A stretch of DNA of 64,000 bases, from contig CAYTWW010000004.1 in assembly GCA_964441565.1 (NCBI GenBank), positions 35,407-99,406 of the forward strand, written 5' to 3'. The translations under genes and the position numbers were made by a program. This stretch comes from an uncultured Methanosarcinales archaeon (GTDB lineage Archaea > Nanobdellota > Nanobdellia > Woesearchaeales > GW2011-AR15). Under the pieces are notes generated by a model that saw only the letters and a program-made list of their open reading frames with translations, was not told the origin of the DNA and did not search any database. Of this stretch, positions 57,614-64,000 are shown piece after piece. Position 1 is the first letter of the stretch; every line of letters begins with the position of its first letter.

Positions 57614-58638
57614 TCCTTAAAAGAAGTATGCTGTATAAAAAACTTGCTTAAAATACCCCTGGCAACACCCTCAGCGTATCTCGCTGAAACAGCAATTAGA
57701 AGTGCAGCGATGAACATCAGGATCATTCTAACAGGGAAGGGGAATATTGATACTGCAGAAGTAACAATTGAAAAAACTGTGAAATGAGTTAAGAAAAGAT
57801 AAAGAGAAAGCTTTCCAATCTCTTCCAGCAAGGGTGCCCGCATATCTCTGAGAAAAGAATAGAGTAATAGAAACAGGCTGATTGTAAGTGCTTGCTGACC
57901 AATGATCAGGAAAAGTGAGTCTACAAGTGTTGAAATGATTGATAGAATAAGAATGCAAAAGTATAGAGAAACCTGTTTTGATGAAATCAGCCTGGAGGAA
58001 AAATGAAAAACAAGTACCCCAAATACAAGCTCTGATAATCTTGAAAAAATAAGAACCCTATACCAGAGGTCTGAGCTGGGATTAGAAAGAAAAATCAGCA
58101 TTCTAGTGATAATTGACAATGCAATGCAGCCAATGCCTGTCGCTCTAGGATACTTTCTATAAAATCCGACAAGACCAGGGAAGAATATTATGATGGAGAG
58201 TAAAAGAGTGATGTACCACCAACTGCCATCAACAGCACCGGAATACTGAAGGAAAAAACCATGTATTCCGAGAAGATGTAGCAGAATTGCGCCTGGCGTT
58301 AGGTAAAGTCTTCCTTTGAGGATAAGAGGGAATACTATGAACATCAGGAGAAGCGTCCAATACAGGGGTAGAATACTAAGTATCCTTTTTCGTAGCCAGT
58401 TACGATAATCATTGTTCCTTGAGAAATTGACTCCTGCAACAATGATGAATAACCCCACACCTGCATATCCGAGTGACATAATAGTCATCAGGAGTGAAGT
58501 AGTATTTCCTCTTAAAAAATCCAGTAACAAACCCTTGGCCAGAGGCCAATTATAAGACATACCAAACGCATGGAACAGCATCACCAAAAGGATTGCTATA
58601 CCCTTAATCTTGTCTATTGTGTGATCTCTTCCTGTCAC
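57610..58638 (-). CDS. Acyltransferase family 3 (membrane O-acyltransferase, OatA/WecH-like)
   Basis: …IDKIKGIAILLVMLFHAFG… is the typical AT3 N-terminus. 10 TM. Confidence 0.75.
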   Translation of the reverse strand: MTGRDHTIDKIKGIAILLVMLFHAFGMSYNWPLAKGLLLDFLRGNTTSLLMTIMSLGYAGVGLFIIVAGVNFSRNNDYRNWLRKRILSILPLYWTLLLMFIVFPLILKGRLYLTPGAILLHLLGIHGFFLQYSGAVDGSWWYITLLLSIIIFFPGLVGFYRKYPRATGIGCIALSIITRMLIFLSNPSSDLWYRVLIFSRLSELVFGVLVFHFSSRLISSKQVSLYFCILILSIISTLVDSLFLIIGQQALTISLFLLLYSFLRDMRAPLLEEIGKLSLYLFLTHFTVFSIVTSAVSIFPFPVRMILMFIAALLIAVSARYAEGVARGILSKFFIQHTSFKD

Positions 58639-59351
58639 TTCTGAACCTTAATCTTACCTAGCCTGAATCTGAGTTCCGCAGAGTTTTTGATATAGTCTCT
58701 TACAGTCTTCCCTATCTTTACCGTGCTACCTGAATCATCTATCCAGTCAACAGGAATCTCTTTTATCTTGAAACCTATTTTTTCAGCAATCAATAGCAGC
58801 TCAGTATCAAAGAAGAATTCATTGTCTTTTATGAATGGTTCCAGTTTCATGAACACTTCTTTTCTGACTCCTTTAAAACCGCATTGCATATCATGTATCT
58901 TTGTAAAGTAGAAAGCCTTAATGAGAGCATTATACCCCCTTGATAAAACCTCTCTCTTGAATCCTCGCTGTACAACTGAACCTTTGATTAGTCTGGATCC
59001 CACAACAATGTCTGCTCCCTGTGAAAATTCTCTCAGCATGCACGGAAACGCATCCAGACTTGTCGATAGGTCTATGTCCATGAATGTCAGTATGTCGCAA
59101 TCACTCTCCTTCCATACCGTTCTGAGGGCAACTCCCCTTCCCTTTATAGGGATCCGCACATATTTAACAAATGGAAATTCCCTTGAGATCCTTTCCATCA
59201 CTGCGGGAGTATTATCCGTGGAGGCATTATCAGCAACCACTATCCGGCATACAGTAATGTGCATTTTTTTGAGAAATTCAATCGTAGACCTGATGCTCTT
59301 TTCCAATGTTTCTGCTTCATTATATACCGGAAAAGTAATGAGGACATCCAT
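58635..59351 (-). CDS. GT2 glycosyltransferase (dolichyl-phosphate hexose transferase-like)
   Basis: MDVLITFPVYNEAETL…, …VVADNASTDNT…, …DIDLS… (DxD). Confidence 0.8.
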   Translation of the reverse strand: MDVLITFPVYNEAETLEKSIRSTIEFLKKMHITVCRIVVADNASTDNTPAVMERISREFPFVKYVRIPIKGRGVALRTVWKESDCDILTFMDIDLSTSLDAFPCMLREFSQGADIVVGSRLIKGSVVQRGFKREVLSRGYNALIKAFYFTKIHDMQCGFKGVRKEVFMKLEPFIKDNEFFFDTELLLIAEKIGFKIKEIPVDWIDDSGSTVKIGKTVRDYIKNSAELRFRLGKIKVQK

Positions 59352-59426
59352 AATGCGTAAAAAGAGAATACAATATAAAAGGGTTTCGAATTAGTGACTT
59401 TGATAGTAAAATTATAATATTAGTGA

Positions 59427-61088
59427 TTGTTCAGAAGGTCTGTGAACAAAATTGCTGCTGCAGTAGCCTATCTCTTAATGGCTTTACTGTTCACGTTTCC
59501 ACTTGTTTTTAACATAAGTTCAATGATGGTAGGAGTTGAGGAAGACAACTACCAGTTCTTGTGGAATATGTGGTGGATGAAGAGGTCGCTATTTCGAGAG
59601 GATCTACTACATACGGATATGTTATTCTATTCTCATGGCGCTGACCTTACATATCACTCCCTGACTTACTACAACTCAATAATCTCAATAGCTCTGCAGC
59701 CATTTTTCCCTCTACCAGTCATATACAACTTACTGTCAATACAGATACTTGTCTTATCAGCATTCTTCACGTACCTTCTTGTATTGGAACTGACCCAGGA
59801 AACAAAATCTGCATTTCTAGCTGGCGCATTTTTCGGTTTCTCACCCTATCTTTTGATGAAGCTCTCCCATCATCTCAATATTGCGAGCGTCCAGTTCATC
59901 CCGCTGACACTGCTCATGATGCTGCGGATAAGCAAAAATCCTAGATTCTCAAATGCGGTATACCTTTCACTCTCATTTCTGCTCGTTACACTTTGCGACT
60001 GGCATCATGGTCTGATCACAGGATTATTTATGCTGTTATTTTTCTTATTCCAATTTTATAGAGAAAGAAGCTTTTACATTATTAAGTACTTAGCTTTCTC
60101 TTGCTTAATTTTTGTAGTTCTGATTGCCCCTTTTGCTTTTCCACTGCTAAAAGGGTTGAACAGTTTTGATGAGCTTCAGATGGGTGGATATGACTATAAC
60201 AAGCTGGATCTCTTATCAATAGCTGTTCCATCCTATGATCAGAGCATATGGGGAAGGTTTTTTCGCCCACTTTATGAACGATTTGAAGGCAATGACTGGG
60301 AGAATGTAGCTTTCATCGGAATAGTCCCAGGTATCTTATTAGTTCTTTATGTCTACAAAAAAAAATATCCGGATATCTGGATATCAATGTTCATCGTATT
60401 TTATGTGCTATCGCTTGGATCACACCTTGGTGTCTTTGGCCACTCTGTGCTTAATCTCAAGGGGCAGACAATGAGCACATTATGGTTTTCAGATCACCTT
60501 CCGGACATTTCTTTAAGGATTCCCCTTCCCTTTATGTTGATTCAAAACCTTCCGTTTTTCAGCATTATCCGCACTCCCAACAGGTTCGTGATAATTGCAT
60601 ATCTTATGGCTGCTGTCATGCTGGCATATTCAGTAAAAGAAATTTGCCAGGGGAAAAGATATCTTCACTGGCTTCTTCTGTTCCTAATAATTTTTGAGTT
60701 TATTGCAATTCCATTTCCGCTGAGCAGAATTGAGGTTCCAGAAGCATATTCCTCACTGGGAATGGGGAGTCAGCCAATTATTGAGTTTCCCTCAGATAAC
60801 TACAAATCTGATGCAAAATATATGTTCTATCAAACGTACCACGAGAGGCCAATATTATCAGGATACGCCTCAAGGTCAGGTGAGACAGAAAAGTGGCTTT
60901 CTCTTGCCATTAACAGGACACTATTGTCTGAGCCAGATGCCTTCAGGAAATATGTCGGGGAGCTGAATGTCAGCCATATCCTTGTTCACAAAAATCTTCT
61001 CACATTGGACGAGCAATTTGCAGCAGAAGAAAGCTTAAAAGGTTTGGAAAAAACATCCTATGGTGATATTGATGTCTATAGAACATAA
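59427..61088 (+). CDS. Polytopic membrane protein (YfhO/GT-C-like), glycan-processing candidate
   Basis: 553 aa, ≥12 TM. Contains an A10 homopolymer at ~60353-60362 encoding KKK. Confidence 0.45.
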   Translation: MFRRSVNKIAAAVAYLLMALLFTFPLVFNISSMMVGVEEDNYQFLWNMWWMKRSLFREDLLHTDMLFYSHGADLTYHSLTYYNSIISIALQPFFPLPVIYNLLSIQILVLSAFFTYLLVLELTQETKSAFLAGAFFGFSPYLLMKLSHHLNIASVQFIPLTLLMMLRISKNPRFSNAVYLSLSFLLVTLCDWHHGLITGLFMLLFFLFQFYRERSFYIIKYLAFSCLIFVVLIAPFAFPLLKGLNSFDELQMGGYDYNKLDLLSIAVPSYDQSIWGRFFRPLYERFEGNDWENVAFIGIVPGILLVLYVYKKKYPDIWISMFIVFYVLSLGSHLGVFGHSVLNLKGQTMSTLWFSDHLPDISLRIPLPFMLIQNLPFFSIIRTPNRFVIIAYLMAAVMLAYSVKEICQGKRYLHWLLLFLIIFEFIAIPFPLSRIEVPEAYSSLGMGSQPIIEFPSDNYKSDAKYMFYQTYHERPILSGYASRSGETEKWLSLAINRTLLSEPDAFRKYVGELNVSHILVHKNLLTLDEQFAAEESLKGLEKTSYGDIDVYRT

Positions 61089-62517
61089 AAAGTATAGGAT
61101 CTTGTTGCTACTGGCAATTGTCGGTCTTCTTCTAAGGCTTTACCTACTGGACAAGCAAAGCCTCTGGAATGATGAGGCTGATGAAGTTATGCTTCTGAAG
61201 CGATCAAGCCTTTTCCAGCTTGCCACAGGTGAAGAGTTCGACCAGAGCCATCCTCCACTATATCATCTTGCTCTTGGAGCATGGACTTCCGTCTTTGGAT
61301 ATAGTCGTTCATCGGTAAGATTACCTTCTGTTCTGTTTGGAGTAGCTGCTATCATAGGCACTTACTTCATTGGAAAACTCATTTTTAATACAGAGACTGC
61401 TCTTGCTGCAGCTTTTCTTCTTGCGATTTCCCCTTTCCATATAATGCAGAGCCAAATTGTAAGACCATATGGACTCCTGATATTGTTAGGTATCATCAAT
61501 CTCTACTTCTTCTTCAAGTATAGAGATACAAAAAAAAAACTTTACCTTTTGGCTTTCACGGTAACCGCAATCCTCATGAATTATACCCATTATTTTGCTG
61601 CACTACAGATCGCAACGCTTAATGCAGCCCTTATACTGTGGCACAGGCATGCTTTTGATCGGAGATGGATTATGGCAAACATTATTATCGCACTCGCATC
61701 TTTGCCTCTTATTGCCTTGATATCAAAGGGGCTTGGACAGGGAGCAGGTGCGAGGACTTTTTTTAGCCCTCTTGAAATTGCCTATCTTGCCCAGATGTTC
61801 TCGATTGGGTCAGCAGGTTTCATTTTCAAGTTATCAACACTAAAGGAAGATATTATTGCCCACCTGCCAGTGCTGGCTATAACAGCAGCCGCCTATGGAT
61901 ACTTGCTCCTTACATTTGTCAGGGACTTCAGCAGATGGAAGAAGAACAATAACATTACGTTGTTGATTTTCTTCATACTTATGCCAACAATATTGCTCTA
62001 TGTTTCAGGGTTTGTTTACCCCTTATTTCGTGCAAGGTATCTATCATTCATCTATCCTGCTGTTGTACTTATCATCTCCTATGTAATAGCGAACCTGTCC
62101 AGACCTAAACTGGCTTTTACTGTTATTGCGGGTCTAAGTATCTTCTCGCTGTCCAGCTACTACTTTTCATATCAGAGCGAACCATGGGAACAGATCTGCG
62201 AATATATTGAAGCTAATGGAGATCAAGGAGACCTTATCCTTGCTTCTAGGACAAAGCCTTTCGCATACTGCTATTCAGGAACTGCTCGTCACCAATTCAT
62301 CCTTGATATGGATGAAGACCAGATTTTGGCATATCCTTCTATTTGGTTGGTCCTTTCCAACTACCGACAAAGCTATGCTCACGAGACAGAAGAGCTGAAG
62401 GATATACTTAATGCGAGCTATAGAACAGTAGATGAAAGGTTTTTCAAAGATGACATGAACATCATATCCGGAGACATAATTGTGTATCATTTCATAAGAA
62501 GTAGTAACTTACAATGA
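61060..62517 (+). CDS. GT-C glycosyltransferase of the ArnT/PMT (GT39/GT83-like) type
   Basis: First extracytoplasmic loop …LYLLDKQSLWNDEADEVMLLKRS… (DE motif), polytopic. Contains an A10 tract (~61535-61544). Confidence 0.55.
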   Translation: MVILMSIEHKKYRILLLLAIVGLLLRLYLLDKQSLWNDEADEVMLLKRSSLFQLATGEEFDQSHPPLYHLALGAWTSVFGYSRSSVRLPSVLFGVAAIIGTYFIGKLIFNTETALAAAFLLAISPFHIMQSQIVRPYGLLILLGIINLYFFFKYRDTKKKLYLLAFTVTAILMNYTHYFAALQIATLNAALILWHRHAFDRRWIMANIIIALASLPLIALISKGLGQGAGARTFFSPLEIAYLAQMFSIGSAGFIFKLSTLKEDIIAHLPVLAITAAAYGYLLLTFVRDFSRWKKNNNITLLIFFILMPTILLYVSGFVYPLFRARYLSFIYPAVVLIISYVIANLSRPKLAFTVIAGLSIFSLSSYYFSYQSEPWEQICEYIEANGDQGDLILASRTKPFAYCYSGTARHQFILDMDEDQILAYPSIWLVLSNYRQSYAHETEELKDILNASYRTVDERFFKDDMNIISGDIIVYHFIRSSNLQ

Positions 62518-63812
62518 AACCGAAGTACATGATCTTCGTAGGTACTTTTATTGTATTAATGCTACTTACAAAGACAACAGTGCCATCAGGTAATCCTGCA
62601 TCTCGCTTTGCCTCTGTGGAATCTCTTGTAGAAAGAGGTACATGGGCTATTGACAATTCGTCATTCTTCGGGGATGCAAACACTTATGATCCGGAGGGAG
62701 CTGAGCCGCTAATGATGAGGAATTCGCAAGAGGCAATAAACGGGACTAATGATATGGTCCAGATTAACGGCAGGTTTTACTCAGATAAACCTCCGGTACT
62801 GTCACTCCTTGCTGCCTTTCCATATTTAATACTCTATAACCTTGGAATCACTTTTTCAGCTGCAGGCAACATGGCAGTGTATCTCCTGACATTGTTCACT
62901 GTTGGCCTATCTGTCTCTCTCCTTGCGATGCTTTTTTTCATTGAAGCAGAAAAAACAGGTCAGAAGACAGCAGGAGCCTTCACGTTACTGATGATCTTTG
63001 GCACCCTTATTCTGCCATATTCGGTCACGTTTAACAACCATATTTTCTCTGCGGTCTGCATCTTTGCATCATATACACTCATCCGAAACGTGCAGGGCAT
63101 GGGTCTTACTCTCGCTGGTTTCCTAGCTGGCATGGGATTTGTAATAGACTTGGTGAGCGGTGGAGTATTCATGGCCTTGTTCGGCGTACTAGTCATTATT
63201 AACAAAGGTTGGAAGAGTGCACTGCTGTTTTGTGTTCCATGTGTGTTCCCACTAATTCTTCACTGCATTATTAACATCCCAATTACAGGCGATGTCATGC
63301 CTGGCGCAATGCATCCAGAGTACTGGGATTATCCAGGATCAGACTTCAGCGCGTCAACACTTACTGGAGTTTCTCTGAACCTTTCCGGCTTAACTACATA
63401 CACATTCCATCTTTTGTTCGGCTATAGGGGCATGTTTTTGTTCTTCCCAGTTCTGCTTTTTGCATGTATCTATTTGTTAGGTTCACTGCGGGTTCAAAAG
63501 GAAAGACTATATAGCCTGTCTATCCTGACAGGTTCAGTTGCAGTCATTTTATACTATGCACTATTTTCTGATAATTTTGGAGGATGGTCTTATGGTGTTA
63601 GATGGTTTGTCCCTCTGATTCCAATTCTTATGACTGGTCTTTATCGTGCTGGCAAGATCAATCGATTGTTCATCGTTGCCTCAGTTATTTCAATCGTGTC
63701 TGCATTGATAGGACTATATCAGCCATGGACTGACATGTGGTATAGCCCAATTCCATTCATAAACAACTTAAGGGAGATAGCAATCCTGGTTAAAAGCATA
63801 CTATTCAAGTGA
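62514..63812 (+). CDS. Polytopic membrane protein, GT-C-like
   Basis: 432 aa, ≥10 TM. ATGA overlap with the upstream gene. Confidence 0.45.
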   Translation: MKPKYMIFVGTFIVLMLLTKTTVPSGNPASRFASVESLVERGTWAIDNSSFFGDANTYDPEGAEPLMMRNSQEAINGTNDMVQINGRFYSDKPPVLSLLAAFPYLILYNLGITFSAAGNMAVYLLTLFTVGLSVSLLAMLFFIEAEKTGQKTAGAFTLLMIFGTLILPYSVTFNNHIFSAVCIFASYTLIRNVQGMGLTLAGFLAGMGFVIDLVSGGVFMALFGVLVIINKGWKSALLFCVPCVFPLILHCIINIPITGDVMPGAMHPEYWDYPGSDFSASTLTGVSLNLSGLTTYTFHLLFGYRGMFLFFPVLLFACIYLLGSLRVQKERLYSLSILTGSVAVILYYALFSDNFGGWSYGVRWFVPLIPILMTGLYRAGKINRLFIVASVISIVSALIGLYQPWTDMWYSPIPFINNLREIAILVKSILFK

Positions 63813-64000
63813 TTTCAATGCCTTATTAAGCCCTTTCAGAAAAATTTCAAGAGAGAATTTTTTGGCTGCTGCATTTGCTGCTTGGGTAAGTCTATCCGGT
63901 CCCTGAATAGCCTTTGTTGTCAGTTCAGGGAGCTCAGCGGGATTATCCCATATAAGTCCTCCCTTTCCCACAACTTCAGGTTGAGCTCCAAGATTTATGA
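63801..64000 (-). CDS. Partial CDS (C-terminal 66 codons of a gene running off the right edge)
   Basis: The minus-strand frame reads …INLGAQPEVVGKGGLIWDNPAELPELTTKAIQGPDRLTQAANAAAKKFSLEIFLKGLNKALKSLE* with the stop at 63801-63803. Not in the ORF track because the start lies outside the window. Confidence 0.3.
   Translation of the reverse strand, partial: INLGAQPEVVGKGGLIWDNPAELPELTTKAIQGPDRLTQAANAAAKKFSLEIFLKGLNKALKSLE

Noticed and set aside
1-64000. CRISPR arrays, tRNA/rRNA genes, transposases, integrases, toxin-antitoxin pairs
   Set aside because: No short regularly spaced direct repeats, no cloverleaf-like GC-rich ~75-nt segments with a GTTCGAATC-type T-arm in intergenic regions, and no DDE/tyrosine-recombinase-like ORFs were seen by eye. 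Absence is not proven without running tRNAscan/Infernal.

Overview
The window reads as a chromosomal segment of an archaeon, probably a Methanosarcinales-like euryarchaeote. It has about 50% GC and a complete A1AO ATP synthase operon in the canonical ahaH-I-K-E-C-F-A-B-D order. TATA-like boxes sit roughly 25-30 bp upstream of several start codons, some genes also carry GGAGG/GGTGA ribosome-binding sites, and many neighbouring genes overlap by ATGA start/stop. Read from the sequence, the layout is as follows.

- 1-1879 (-): a partial multi-PAS sensor gene running off the left edge.
- 1.9-13.2 kb: a cell-surface glycan/EPS locus with three GT4 glycosyltransferases, a FemAB/CelD-like acyltransferase, a NodB polysaccharide deacetylase, a radical-SAM/SPASM enzyme, a 694-aa polytopic membrane protein, a Wzx-like flippase and a secreted pectate-lyase-fold beta-helix protein.
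- 13.3-14.7 kb: a short AT-rich (~40% GC) island carrying an HExxH...E metallopeptidase-like gene, next to a copy of a dispersed repeat.
- 14.7-22.9 kb: the ATP synthase operon, preceded by an AbrB/PhoU-like regulator gene.
- 23.9-35.2 kb: a GalE-like epimerase, ribosomal protein L10e, a secreted 3xPKD protein, a NOG1-like GTPase, an MFS transporter, a conserved archaeal small-GTPase/DUF/Zn-ribbon triad, TatD, and a eukaryotic-like/Kdo-type kinase overlapping a GT-B-like gene.
- 35.3-39.3 kb: the most unusual locus. Four secreted proteins carrying PEF-CTERM tripartite C-terminal sorting signals, plus a thrombospondin-type-3/poly-Asp Ca-binding surface protein, surround a CPBP (CAAX/Abi-type) intramembrane metalloprotease. 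No exosortase/archaeosortase homologue is in the window. This suggests a myxosortase-like, CPBP-based C-terminal sorting system for PEF-CTERM proteins.
- 39.8-48.7 kb: a Dpm1-like GT2-GtrA fusion, a CaCA exchanger, UppP, a VanZ-like protein, a 5'-nucleotidase, a PAS-HTH regulator and a radical SAM protein.
- 49.2-64 kb: a second glycan locus with a flippase, GT2, acyltransferase-3, several GT-C-like membrane proteins and an 1800-aa type-I surface protein.

Four intergenic copies of a composite repeat family (hairpin modules CCAGGACG-N4-GTCCT, a TCTCTTTTTT/AAAAAAGAGA stem-loop, a GGGAGCCTCTGGCAC box) lie at about 13.3-13.6, 28.2-28.4, 39.4-39.8 and 48.7-49.1 kb, with a possible degenerate fifth copy at 24.8-25.4 kb. 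No rRNA, tRNA, CRISPR array, transposase or integrase was recognised by eye. Start coordinates are refined manually from the ORF track where the sequence supports an internal Met plus TATA/RBS.
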